DNA of 20,000 bases from positions 21,597-41,596 of the forward strand of contig JBGVSY010000006.1 of NCBI GenBank assembly GCA_041862235.1, in the 5' to 3' direction. Positions 8,446 to 16,952 of the stretch are shown piece after piece (positions within the stretch are counted from its first letter, which is position 1; each line of letters opens with the position of its first letter). A model generated the notes under the pieces. It was not told where the DNA came from and made no database searches. It worked only from the letters and a program-made list of their open reading frames with translations. This DNA comes from Nitrososphaeria archaeon (GTDB lineage: Archaea; Thermoproteota; Nitrososphaeria_A; Caldarchaeales; JAVZCJ01). The translations under genes and the position numbers were made by a program.

Positions 8446-8562
8446 TGGGAGCGGAAGCCTAAAGAGCTAACCATCCAAGAGCTTGCCGTAGAATGGGCGT
8501 CTAGCCCTAATCGATGACGGCCGAGAGTTCGTGGTTCAGCCACAAAGGGGCTTCCACTCCCA
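8446..8562. ncRNA. Candidate structured RNA closed by a 14-nt imperfect inverted repeat; strand unresolved
   Basis: TGGGAGCGGAAGCC (8446-8459) and GGCTTCCACTCCCA (8549-8562) are complementary at 13 of 14 positions. Internal hairpins include GCCGT[..]GGGC-TAGAC-GCCC[..]ACGGC and GTGG-CTGAA-CCAC (minus sense). A plus-strand TATA-like CTATTTAAT lies about 20-28 nt upstream of 8446. Confidence 0.35.
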
Positions 8563-8770
8563 TCCAGTTCGATCCGAAGCTCCTTCAACCTTCTTCCCAG
8601 TCGTGGGTTCAACGCCTCAAAGACGACATGTCGGACTTATCTCGGCCGTAGAACAGGGTTCTTGGGGCTGCGAGAGATCGATCGCTGGGTGGGGCCAGCT
8701 TCTTTTCGCATTCGACCCGAGGCGTCGACGAACCGCCGATTCCATAGGGCAGCTTCTACGGGAACGCTCC

Positions 8771-10468
8771 TCAAGGGCCGATGGCGTCCAGCTCCAGCTC
8801 GAAGGCAGCCGCAGGATTCTCCAGCCCCCACATCTCCAAAACCTTGGGATGTATCTCCCCGAATATGCCGACGGCTTTGCCCTCTAACTCTATGTCGCCG
8901 GTTCTGCCCTCAATGAAGCTGAGGTGCCGGGTTGGCTTGACCTCATACCGCTTCCCCAAGTTAAGGAACAGGGCAGCGATCTGGGACTTCAACTCAGTCA
9001 CACCGGCTTGGGCGTGAATATTCATCGCTGCCAGCCTTCTGCTGTCCCTAGCACGATTGCTCAGACTCTCATCGGGAGTCACGCAGTCCCCAACTTCGAA
9101 TATTCTCTGAGGATAGCGGACTCCTTTGTTGCGGCTCAGGACCTCCATGAGGCTCGGAAGCAGCCATGAGCGGAGGCAGGTGAACGTGGTCATTCTAGGG
9201 TTGGCGACTTCAACGACCGGGCTTCGATTCAAATTCATGTAGTCAAAGATTTTCTCAGGGGAGGTGAGGGAGAAAGTCAGTACCTCTTGAAACCCTAAGC
9301 CTATCATCACCCCGCGAGCCAGACCGCGATACCGCTCCCTGGAGCTGAGATCACCGGTCGTGACCAGCTGTGGCCACCTCGGTGAGAAGCGGTCGAGGCC
9401 ATGAGCCACTGCAATATCCTCAACGAGATCCGCAGGATGCATCACATCAAGGCGATAGCAAGGCATGTTGACATGAAGCACAGAGCCTTTCACTCCACCC
9501 ACATGAAATCGCGCTCTTCTAAGGGATCTCTTGATCTGTCGAGGGCTCAGCCTCAACCCGAGCAGATGCTGCACATACTCCATGTCCAGCCTCATTTTCC
9601 TGGCATCCATGTTTGGGGTGATGATGACGCGCCGGCGTCCGTAGGGGTAGCGGATGGTTGAAGTGTAAAGCCTTCCTCCCCTATCTAAGATGACGGTGAC
9701 CATCATTATGAGAGTGTTGACGACGGACTCGTTCACCGTGCCAGTGACCTCAACCAAGAGGTTCCTTGTGTCCTCGGTTATTTTCCCCAAATCGTTCGAG
9801 TTTATGATTGGAGGAAAGGAGAGAACCTTGGATATAGAGTCGAAAAGCAGAGGCCAGCGATGATGCTGCTTGACGATGTTTCCGTACTCCAACCCCTTCG
9901 GATGCCTTGCAAGGATCTCCTCGAGCGTCATTTCGTAGCTGAAACCCAAAGGGATGAAGCTTGCCTCACGAGGCTCAGCCAAGCCGTATGTGAGGGGAGG
10001 CGTTACCAAGTCGAAGTCGTATAGACCAATAGATGTCCTTCTACGCCTCCTCCCGTAGGATTCGTCCAGCCTGTCCTGAAGCTGCATCAGACCGCTTACC
10101 ACGGAGTTGCTCAGCCGCGTCCCCCGTACAACGGCACAGGCTATGAAGGGCCGCACGTCGCGCAGACCACCGTCCACCTTTATGGTCACGCCTGAAGACC
10201 CGTGCACGCGATACTTCTTCAGTCCAGTCTCGACGCCCATCAAGCCTCGCAGGGCGCGAGCCATGCCTTCTACAGCCCAAAGGTCTGGGCGGTTCGTATC
10301 CTTCAGCTCAACCCGAAGGGCCGACTCTTCACGGATTTGACGGCCCTCAATCAACGATGCCTCTGCCTTGATGAGGGCCAGTGTCTCGTTGAGATCATCT
10401 AGGTCTCTGGGCAGTTGAACTCCGACCAATTGTTCCAGGTCAGAGAACTGAATCTCTGTCGTAGGCAC
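8771..10468 (-). CDS. pheT: Phenylalanyl-tRNA synthetase beta subunit (archaeal)
   Basis: Length and domain order match: ALRVELKDTNRPDLWAVEGMARALRG, B5-like HVNMPCYRLDVMHPADLVEDIAVAHGLDRF, and GLGFQEVLTFSLTSPEKIF. It is adjacent to pheS in the same orientation. Confidence 0.92.
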   Translation of the reverse strand: MPTTEIQFSDLEQLVGVQLPRDLDDLNETLALIKAEASLIEGRQIREESALRVELKDTNRPDLWAVEGMARALRGLMGVETGLKKYRVHGSSGVTIKVDGGLRDVRPFIACAVVRGTRLSNSVVSGLMQLQDRLDESYGRRRRRTSIGLYDFDLVTPPLTYGLAEPREASFIPLGFSYEMTLEEILARHPKGLEYGNIVKQHHRWPLLFDSISKVLSFPPIINSNDLGKITEDTRNLLVEVTGTVNESVVNTLIMMVTVILDRGGRLYTSTIRYPYGRRRVIITPNMDARKMRLDMEYVQHLLGLRLSPRQIKRSLRRARFHVGGVKGSVLHVNMPCYRLDVMHPADLVEDIAVAHGLDRFSPRWPQLVTTGDLSSRERYRGLARGVMIGLGFQEVLTFSLTSPEKIFDYMNLNRSPVVEVANPRMTTFTCLRSWLLPSLMEVLSRNKGVRYPQRIFEVGDCVTPDESLSNRARDSRRLAAMNIHAQAGVTELKSQIAALFLNLGKRYEVKPTRHLSFIEGRTGDIELEGKAVGIFGEIHPKVLEMWGLENPAAAFELELDAIGP

Positions 10469-10469
10469 T

Positions 10470-11996
10470 CTACACCATCTCCTTCCGCCTCAGATAACCC
10501 AGGTCCTGGCTGAACAGGGTGCGGATGTCGTCTATCTTGGCCTTCATCATGTAAAGTCGGTCCACGCCCAGGCCCCATGCCAGGACCGGCTCCCGGATGC
10601 CGAGAGGCAGAGTCACTTCGGGTCGGAATATGCCTGAGCCGCCGAACTCCACCCACCCGTACCCTTTCTTGTAGGCGAGGAGCTCGATGCTCGGCTCAGT
10701 GAACGGAAAGTAGTCCGGCTTGAACTTGACTTCGTCAGCCTCTGCTATATCTGTGGCGAACCGCGCAAGAACTCCGAGCAGGTCTCTAAGTGTCAACCCT
10801 TCACCGACAACTATGCCTTCCACTTGATTGAATTCCGTTAGGTGGCTCCTGTCGCTGAGTTCAGGCCGGTAGCAGCGCGCTATGGAGAAGTACTTGCCTG
10901 GTATTTCCAAATTCTTCCTTAGAAGCGTTCTAACGCTCAGAGAGGTTCCGTGGCTTCTAAGCACCAGGCGCTTCGCTTCTTGGGCTGAATAGGTTACGCC
11001 GTACCCTGTAGATCCCGTTCTCCAGCCGTTTTCGTGTGCCTTCGCAACCCTGGGCAGGTAGGAGAGGTACCCCGTGAGGTCTCCATGAGTGGGAGACTTC
11101 ACGTAGTATATGTCGTGTATCTCTCTCGCCGGGTGATCCTGAGGCATGAATAGGCAGTCGCAGTTGAAGAACATGAGCTCAACGATAGGCCCCTCCATCT
11201 CTTTGAACCCTAAGCCCACCAGCCTCCACTTCAAGTCGTCTAGGAAGGCCAGATAGGGTTGCTTCTTTCCAGGCCAAGTGGCTCCGACAGGCGCTTCTAT
11301 GTCAAACCTGGCGAGACGAAGCTTACGCCACTCTCCGGAGGAGATCAGCTTGGGCGTCAGCTGAGTTATTTCGCCGGGTACTGCCTCTTCCTCAGACAGG
11401 GCTTGAGCTTTGGCTCTCCCCTTGGCCGTGAGTTGAACGTAGTAGCGTTTAGAGTCAGTCCTCTTCAGAACGCCCGGCCTCTTCTCTAACCCTTCTGCTG
11501 CTTCCCTCATTTGTGTGGGGAGTGAATCCATCTCAGCGGCAGATCCGTTGAGAAGCATAACCAGCCTTTCATCTGGACCCTTGGGGGGAGACTTCACGGC
11601 GGACAGAATCACCTCTCCTTTTTCCTTCTTCACCTCAAGCCAATGCTTCTTCTTACCCCAAAGGATAGCTATGTTCAGGTATTGGTCGTCGAATCCCGTT
11701 CTGATTTTAGCCTCCTTCAGTGAACATGCTCCGGCGGCTTCAGCGATCTTCTCCAAGAGAAGTCGTTCTGGGAAACCGCTCTGAAGGAACTGCAGCCCTT
11801 CTCTTCCCAGCTCGACCTTGCCAGTGACCTTCTTCTCGATTCTCACCAAAGACTTCTTCCTAAGCCAAGAAGCGGTTTTGGCTACTGTTCCCACGTCTTT
11901 TTGGATGGCTTCAGAGAGAACATCGTACCTGACAGGCTTATCGTGAGCAAGCAGTTCAAGCAGGATTTTCTTCTCCAAGCGGTGAAGATACATCAA
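10470..11996 (-). CDS. pheS: Phenylalanyl-tRNA synthetase alpha subunit (archaeal)
   Basis: Class II motifs: FDIEAPVG..HP, LSYLPRVAKAHENG, LLRSHGTSLSVRTL, FSIARCYRPE, HLTEFNQVEGIVVGE, GWVEFGGSGIFRPEV, and LGIREPVLAWGLGVDRLYMMK. N-terminal winged-helix domains are present. Confidence 0.93.
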   Translation of the reverse strand: MMYLHRLEKKILLELLAHDKPVRYDVLSEAIQKDVGTVAKTASWLRKKSLVRIEKKVTGKVELGREGLQFLQSGFPERLLLEKIAEAAGACSLKEAKIRTGFDDQYLNIAILWGKKKHWLEVKKEKGEVILSAVKSPPKGPDERLVMLLNGSAAEMDSLPTQMREAAEGLEKRPGVLKRTDSKRYYVQLTAKGRAKAQALSEEEAVPGEITQLTPKLISSGEWRKLRLARFDIEAPVGATWPGKKQPYLAFLDDLKWRLVGLGFKEMEGPIVELMFFNCDCLFMPQDHPAREIHDIYYVKSPTHGDLTGYLSYLPRVAKAHENGWRTGSTGYGVTYSAQEAKRLVLRSHGTSLSVRTLLRKNLEIPGKYFSIARCYRPELSDRSHLTEFNQVEGIVVGEGLTLRDLLGVLARFATDIAEADEVKFKPDYFPFTEPSIELLAYKKGYGWVEFGGSGIFRPEVTLPLGIREPVLAWGLGVDRLYMMKAKIDDIRTLFSQDLGYLRRKEMV

Positions 11997-12333
11997 GCAC
12001 CCGCCCCTATCCCTTCAGTAGGCCTCATTCGGCCTTCTTTATTTTGACTATCGAGCACGAAGAACTGCGGAACCCGACGACAAACAGCCAAAGCCGCTTC
12101 CTCAAAACAGCAAAATGAGCTCCAGAAGAACACAAAACCGACGAAGAGACCTAGCGGCGAAAAATAAATTGGCGGGACATCGCCACCACCAAATTCTTCG
12201 AAATTCCCTCAAGCCGCTATTTAAGATTGGGGTTCGCAGCGTCGAACAGTGCAGCAGACAGCCTTATCTCCCTCAGACAACCGATTCAAACAAGCGATCG
12301 ATCGGCGTCAGAGGAGGACTGAAAGCCTTGAAC

Positions 12334-13212
12334 ATGGATGCCCTCGTCGCAGCTGGGAAGATTGCCCGCAGGGTAAGGGAAGAAGTTCCCTCGGTCGTAG
12401 AGGAATCTGTCCCCTTAATTGAGATCTGCGACTATGTGGAGAACAGGATACGCGAAGAGGGAGGCCTGCCTGCCTTTCCCTGCAACATATGCATCAACGA
12501 TGTTGCTGCGCACTACTCCCCTCTACCCATGGACAAGAAGGTGGTACCTCCAAACGCTCTGGTGAAGGTGGATATAGGGGCACAAATAGACGGTTACCTC
12601 GCTGACACGGCCATAACAGTGAATCTTGATCCTAAGAAGGAGGCCCTCAAAATAGCTGCTGAGAAGGCCTTGGAGAGCGCGGTGAGAGATGCTGGACCCA
12701 ACGTTGCCGTCTCAGAGCTTGGAAGCATCATCTACTCCACCATCAGGAGCTACGGGCTCAAGCCTATCTCTAACCTGACAGGACATCAGGTATCTAGGTA
12801 CAAGGTTCACGCAGGTCTCTCCATACCTAATGTGCCTTCACGCGACGAGGGGAGACTGATTCAAGGTTCGGTCTACGCTATCGAGCCGTTTGTAACCCTC
12901 CCATCCGCCGCGGGGGAAGTGGTCTCAGGGCAAGCCGCCACGATCTACGCTGTCAGGGCGGGCATCCACCATCGCTTGCCGAAGACTGAGCGACTTCTTC
13001 TGCAGAGACTCGATGAAATGTTTCACGGACTTCCCTACTCCCCTCGCTGGATTTCATCTCTTGGCGAGGAAGCTCTGAATTTTCATAGAAAGCTTTGGAA
13101 GCAAGGCAAGATACACGGTTACCAAGTTCTTGTTGAGAGGTCTGGAGCGCCAGTGGCTCAGGCCGAGCACACTATAGTGATCACCGATAATGGGTGCACA
13201 ATCATCACCTAG
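12334..13212 (+). CDS. map: Methionine aminopeptidase, type II
   Basis: PLIEICDYVENRIREEGGLPAFPCNICINDVAAHYSP, VKVDIGAQIDGYLADTAITV, GHQVSRYKVHAG, YAIEPFVT and AEHTIVIT metal ligands. ATG 12334 follows GAGGAGG; the ORF is open upstream to 12115. Confidence 0.92.
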   Translation: MDALVAAGKIARRVREEVPSVVEESVPLIEICDYVENRIREEGGLPAFPCNICINDVAAHYSPLPMDKKVVPPNALVKVDIGAQIDGYLADTAITVNLDPKKEALKIAAEKALESAVRDAGPNVAVSELGSIIYSTIRSYGLKPISNLTGHQVSRYKVHAGLSIPNVPSRDEGRLIQGSVYAIEPFVTLPSAAGEVVSGQAATIYAVRAGIHHRLPKTERLLLQRLDEMFHGLPYSPRWISSLGEEALNFHRKLWKQGKIHGYQVLVERSGAPVAQAEHTIVITDNGCTIIT

Positions 13213-13366
13213 CCTTCTTTTCCTTGGGTTCCTCCACGTAGATACCAGTGATCATCATCTTTCCACCGCACTTGGGGCATTCGCCCGTCTCCTTGAATAC
13301 GTGGTCCCCTTCCTGGTGCGGCCGAGAGTTCTCGGTCTTACATGAGAGGCAGATTAGGCGGGTCAT
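13205..13366 (-). CDS. Small zinc-ribbon protein (53 aa)
   Basis: My translation is MTRLICLSCKTENSRPHQEGDHVFKETGECPKCGGKMMITGIYVEEPKEKKAR*, with two CxxC pairs and a GGAGGAGG Shine-Dalgarno. It is absent from the ORF track because of its length. It overlaps the 3' end of map by 8 nt. Confidence 0.7.
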   Translation of the reverse strand: MTRLICLSCKTENSRPHQEGDHVFKETGECPKCGGKMMITGIYVEEPKEKKAR

Positions 13367-13441
13367 CGGGGCCTCCTCCTTGTTCGTGGCCTCTCTCCTC
13401 CGGATTCCCCAAAAGCCAGTTCTCAGTTTTTCATCACCCGA

Positions 13442-14581
13442 CTAACCGATGCCTATGGTGTTGCCTATGCCAGCCAAGATTACCGTGGCTCCAGCCTCGG
13501 TCATGCCCGTGACGATCTTCTTGACCCTGTCAGCGGCTTCGTCAGCAGCCTTGGCTATGCTCTGCCTCATAGGTGTGATCGCTTCTGTCAGGGATTCGCT
13601 GATGAGCACGGCGTGTACGGGAATGCCGTATTTGTTGGCTACCTCCTCAATCCTGAACTTCTCCACACCCGTCCCACCTATAGCCACCCCCACAGCCTCG
13701 TTTATCTTGCCTGTGTCCTCACCCTCCAACTTGAGCTGTGCGTCCACGGTGATGATGAGCTGCACCTTCTTCTTCTCTCTCTCTACCAGTTTCTGTACGG
13801 CTTCTCCGGTCCTCCCAGTGGTTCCCCCTGGACCTGTTGCCCTGACTATGAGAAGCCTTCTTCCATCCAGATCCATCTCAGAGACCATTGTGTCCTTGGC
13901 TATCTCCCGTCTGTTCCTCTCTTTGTCGTGAGTGATGATCGCTGCGACCAGAGCCCCCGCACCGTCGCCGATGGGCTGCCCCTTGCCCAAGGCTGTGGAA
14001 GCTCGGCGATATGCCTCTGCTATCTCCATAATTTGAGGCATAATCATCTGGATCTGAAGCACTAGGTATATGTTCGACGTCTTCTTTCCGAGAAGATAGT
14101 AGTGCCTGACCACTCTGTACAGAGTGTTCACGGTCCGACATGCATCCAACAGGTTGGACAGGTTCTTTACTTGGTATTCCTCAGCAGCTGGGGAGATGGC
14201 CCGCACCTCCTTCTCGAACTGGTTCTCACCTATCTTCATCAGGTGGTCCAGTTTTCCAACGATCCCATAGGGATCCATAGATTCAGGGGGGATTGTGAAG
14301 AACTCCATCAACTGGTCGATCTTCTGAACAGGGTCCTCGCTGGGCTTCCCTAGCCTCTTGACTGTCTCGATTGTCCTTCCCCTAACCTCGTCTCGAATCA
14401 CCTTCAACTTAGCCAGTCTACGCTCCACGTCCATGAGAATGGTTCTCATCTGAAGCTTCTGGCTGAATCCGGGATAGAAGAGAATGAGCATCCAGGGGAT
14501 GAGCCAGACCAGGCTGATGATGAAGCTCAGCAGGTCTCCCCCGCCCGGCACCTGACCGACAAGCAACCCTGCCCAGGGCAT
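13442..14581 (-). CDS. Conserved archaeal membrane-anchored protein resembling DUF1512
   Basis: N-terminal hydrophobic segment FIISLVWLIPWMLILFYPGFSQKLQ, then a conserved-looking soluble region (GNQ/ENQF, GKGQPIGDGAGALVAA, VRATGPGGTTGRTGEAV). The ATG at 14581 is 40-47 nt from a strong TTTATAAA box; the ORF extension to 14950 runs into the 5S rRNA gene and is spurious. Confidence 0.72.
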   Translation of the reverse strand: MPWAGLLVGQVPGGGDLLSFIISLVWLIPWMLILFYPGFSQKLQMRTILMDVERRLAKLKVIRDEVRGRTIETVKRLGKPSEDPVQKIDQLMEFFTIPPESMDPYGIVGKLDHLMKIGENQFEKEVRAISPAAEEYQVKNLSNLLDACRTVNTLYRVVRHYYLLGKKTSNIYLVLQIQMIMPQIMEIAEAYRRASTALGKGQPIGDGAGALVAAIITHDKERNRREIAKDTMVSEMDLDGRRLLIVRATGPGGTTGRTGEAVQKLVEREKKKVQLIITVDAQLKLEGEDTGKINEAVGVAIGGTGVEKFRIEEVANKYGIPVHAVLISESLTEAITPMRQSIAKAADEAADRVKKIVTGMTEAGATVILAGIGNTIGIG

Positions 14582-14620
14582 CAGTTTTCCATCCTTCAGA
14601 GCGATCCCCGATTCTCTCTC

Positions 14621-14628
14621 TTTATAAA
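14621..14628 (-). promoter_or_regulatory. TATA-like box (TTTATAAA) for the DUF1512-like gene
   Basis: Minus strand GAAGGTTTATAAAGAG upstream of ATG 14581. Confidence 0.55.
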
Positions 14629-14928
14629 CCTTCATTCGAAACCTGTGGATGGATATCCCGCATAGAAGCCGCCAACTCGCCAGCACCCGTCTCCAGTCAG
14701 ATGAACGCTGCCAAGGACTCTGCATAACTGTTCCAAAGATCGATATGAGGACATAGATCGATCGCTGAAGAGTAATCACAGGTATTTCAGCTGACCGACA
14801 CCGACCTTTCGTTCGCCCCAAAGCGAAGGGGCTCCACGTCAGCGGCTTGTCATGCTCGGACAACGAGTTCGGCATACATGTGTCTTTCAATTGCGGGAGT
14901 GGCTTCTCTAAGATATTGGTGATCAAGA

Positions 14929-15047
14929 GCTGCCAGCACCCAGATTTCACGTGTGGTTTCCCACCACGCTAACGCCTGGGCGAACGGAGGCTTAGCTTCC
15001 GGGATCGGACGAGACCGGGCGTTTCCCTTCGTTCTATGGCCGGCAGC
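14929..15047 (-). rRNA. 5S rRNA (stand-alone)
   Basis: The minus-strand 119-nt sequence is GCUGCCGGCCAUAGAACGAAGGGAAACGCCCGGUCUCGUCCGAUCCCGGAAGCUAAGCCUCCGUUCGCCCAGGCGUUAGCGUGGUGGGAAACCACACGUGAAAUCUGGGUGCUGGCAGC. It contains the canonical CCGAUCCCGGAAGCUAAGCC core, and helix I GCUGCCGGC/GCUGGCAGC is closed with one G-U. A TATA-like TTTAAG lies about 25-30 nt upstream. Confidence 0.95.
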
Positions 15048-15071
15048 GTTTGTAGATGTATGACAGCAGAC

Positions 15072-15077
15072 CTTAAA
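15072..15077 (-). promoter_or_regulatory. TATA-like element (TTTAAG) for 5S rRNA
   Basis: Minus strand AGGTTTAAGG, 25-30 nt upstream of the 5S 5' end at 15047. Confidence 0.45.
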
Positions 15078-15245
15078 CCTTTGCCTCCACCGTCCTCAGT
15101 CATGTGCGAGATGGATCTCCATCAAAACGCGGTTTCATTGAACCTTGAATGGAAGAGACAAACGGGAATATTCTCCGATGAGATCCAGTCGCCCTTCTTG
15201 GGTAAGATCAATCGTTACGATCGATCGATCCTAGCTCAGCACCGC

Positions 15246-15575
15246 CTATGGCTCTTCCCTTCGTGTTTCCCGCACGACCCATTCAACGTACTCTCTGCTT
15301 CCGGAGACGTCAAGAACAGTGACCTCTGGCAACTCATAGCTGTGGATGCGCTTTAGTTCAGCCACGAGCTCCTTCACACATGTGTCGCTGGTCTTGGTTA
15401 ACGCCAGAAACTCCTCACTCTTCTCCATCTTTCCCTGCCACCGATACGTGCTCACCACGGGACCGAAGACATTGACGCAGGCTGCTAGACGTCGAGACAC
15501 AACGTTGTCAGCGAATGAGTCCGCCTCAATCCTGCTTCCGAAAGTTGTCAAGACCACATAGAACCTTCTGGACAC
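15246..15575 (-). CDS. cutA: CutA1 divalent-cation tolerance family protein
   Basis: YVVLTTF...A..LA..VV..RLAACVNVFGPVVSTYRWQGKMEKSEEFLALTKTS...ELVAELKRIHSYELPEVTVLDV..G...Y..WV is the classic CutA1 pattern. Confidence 0.9.
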   Translation of the reverse strand: MSRRFYVVLTTFGSRIEADSFADNVVSRRLAACVNVFGPVVSTYRWQGKMEKSEEFLALTKTSDTCVKELVAELKRIHSYELPEVTVLDVSGSREYVEWVVRETRREEP

Positions 15576-15763
15576 CAGGCCATCACCTCATCCCTGCTCC
15601 GAAGAGCTAGCTAAAACAGGTATCCAAGGATTTCGTCTCGTCGATCGCGCAGAAGCCGAAACCAAGTTGCGAAGCCGGCCGATCGATCGAAGAATCCAAA
15701 AAGAATGGAATTGAGAGACGCGTTGATCAACGGACATGCGTCTCAGCCGCGGTATGGTGATCG

Positions 15764-16390
15764 CTACTCGACGGTAATGTCCCTACCTCGGGTTTTCTTC
15801 CCCCGCTTGTTCAGTGTAACTTCCAAGACACCGTTTCGGTAGGAAGCCTTAGCACTTTCAGGGTCGACCTCCTCGGGCAGCTCAACCTCTTTGTGGTACT
15901 TCCGCTGCTCCGTGTCCACGGAGATCGTTAAGCTCCTCTCGGTACCCTTCAGATTTATGTCAGACTTATCCACACCTGGAACCTCAGCCACTACACGAAT
16001 GATGTCACGTTCATCGATAACATCCGTCAAAGGCTCACGCCCCTCCACAACCTCGAGGCTACGCTCAGGAGCACCGAAAACCGGGGCTCCTCTCCTACGC
16101 CGGACATTGCCGAACTCCCTAATCTCCGGCCTACCATCAGGCCCAACCTTTATCGAGTATCCATAGATGACGGGACCCATCTCACGGACTGTGGAGCCGT
16201 CGGGAAGCTTCCTTTCACGGACAAGCTTTTCAGGCGTCCTCGAAGACATCTCGCGAAGCATATCCTCCATCATCCGGTCCAGATCCTCGAAAGTCCACGA
16301 GAAAAATGGCATGCGACGCATCTCGCGCCGCCATCTCCGCCACCAATCCTCGTTCCAAGGCACTATTCTGTCACGAAGTACCCGAGACAA
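15764..16390 (-). CDS. Small heat-shock protein (Hsp20/alpha-crystallin)
   Basis: Alpha-crystallin domain EPLTDVIDERDIIRVVAEVPGVDKSDINLKGTERSLTISVDTEQRKYHKEVELPEEVDPESAKASYRNGVLEVTLNKR. The start is uncertain: TTG 16390, or an internal ATG such as MRRMPFFSWTFEDLDRM. Confidence 0.85.
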   Translation of the reverse strand: MSRVLRDRIVPWNEDWWRRWRREMRRMPFFSWTFEDLDRMMEDMLREMSSRTPEKLVRERKLPDGSTVREMGPVIYGYSIKVGPDGRPEIREFGNVRRRRGAPVFGAPERSLEVVEGREPLTDVIDERDIIRVVAEVPGVDKSDINLKGTERSLTISVDTEQRKYHKEVELPEEVDPESAKASYRNGVLEVTLNKRGKKTRGRDITVE

Positions 16391-16480
16391 AACTACGTAT
16401 TAAGGCCTTCGATCGATCACGACAGCCATGAAGTATACAGGAAATGGGGACGGAGGGAATCCCGGCCACGCGACACGCAC

Positions 16481-16642
16481 ATGGCCTTCGAACCCTCGGC
16501 CTACGGGTCCCCCCAGCCGCTCCAGAACCTCGTCATCCCCCGAGACGTTCGGGGTCGGTTCATGGAGACCTACATTCTGGAGCCCGTCGCGGTAGACCTG
16601 TCTGCGCCACGTCCCTCGTCGTCGCTCCCCGCTCGAAAATAA
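16481..16642 (+). CDS. Possible 53-aa small protein, unknown function
   Basis: ATG-to-TAA ORF MAFEPSAYGSPQPLQNLVIPRDVRGRFMETYILEPVAVDLSAPRPSSSLPARK, with third positions mostly G/C. There is no obvious Shine-Dalgarno close to the ATG. Confidence 0.25.
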   Translation: MAFEPSAYGSPQPLQNLVIPRDVRGRFMETYILEPVAVDLSAPRPSSSLPARK

Positions 16643-16880
16643 AAACCTTTCAGCTGAAGAGGACGCGTATGGCTGACTACTTGAGCCCTACCCTTGTGCA
16701 CACACTAGTTATCCAAATCTATGTCAACAATCAAGATTGATTGGCAATAAGCCGAGAAATCGGTCTGAGAAGGACAGTCACATCACAAGCGACGACAACC
16801 TTTTTACCGCGTCTGCGACAGGCGGTTCCTCGAAATGACCGGGTGGGTTGTCTAGCTTGGTCTATGATTCCCGGCTTGGG

Positions 16881-16901
16881 TGCATCGATCTATGCTGGGA
16901 T
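16881..16901 (+). other. tRNA-Pro intron 1 (canonical position 37/38, 21 nt, BHB)
   Basis: The sequence is TGCATCGATCTATGCTGGGAT. Bulges are GG|T and AT|C, the central helix is CUUG/UGGG (one C-G plus G-U pairs), and the inner helix is GCAT/ATGC. Confidence 0.85.
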
Positions 16902-16923
16902 CCCGGGAGGTCGTGGGTTCAAA

Positions 16924-16952
16924 TCGTCGTCCGGTCTGTGGCGGCGGGAAAG
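16924..16952 (+). other. tRNA-Pro intron 2 (T-loop position about 59/60, 29 nt, relaxed BHB)
   Basis: The sequence is TCGTCGTCCGGTCTGTGGCGGCGGGAAAG, with AA|T and AG|T bulges. The central UUCA/GGAA has three pairs plus an A-G mismatch. The inner helix CGTCGTC/GGCGGCG is 7 bp. Excision rebuilds GTGGG-TTCAAAT-CCCAC. Confidence 0.82.

Noticed and set aside
8601-8640. tRNA T-arm-like sequence CAGTCGTGGGTTCAACGCC near the tyrS-pheT gap
   Set aside because: No complementary T-stem strand or acceptor stem could be found nearby, even allowing for an intron, so it is probably coincidental.
8421-8916. Track ORFs 8421..8612, 8531..8887, 8637..8831 and 8662..8916
   Set aside because: They partly overlap the pheT 3' end antisense or lie in the structured spacer, and have no recognisable domains.
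14582-14950. N-terminal extension of the DUF1512-like ORF to 14950, and + ORF 15036..15356
   Set aside because: The extension crosses a strong TATA-like box and enters 5S rRNA. The + ORF is antisense to the 5S 5' end and the cutA 3' region with no family features.
16473-16520. TTCGAA-containing segment (CCTTCGAACCC) as part of another tRNA
   Set aside because: No compatible G53-C61 T-stem or acceptor pairing on either strand.
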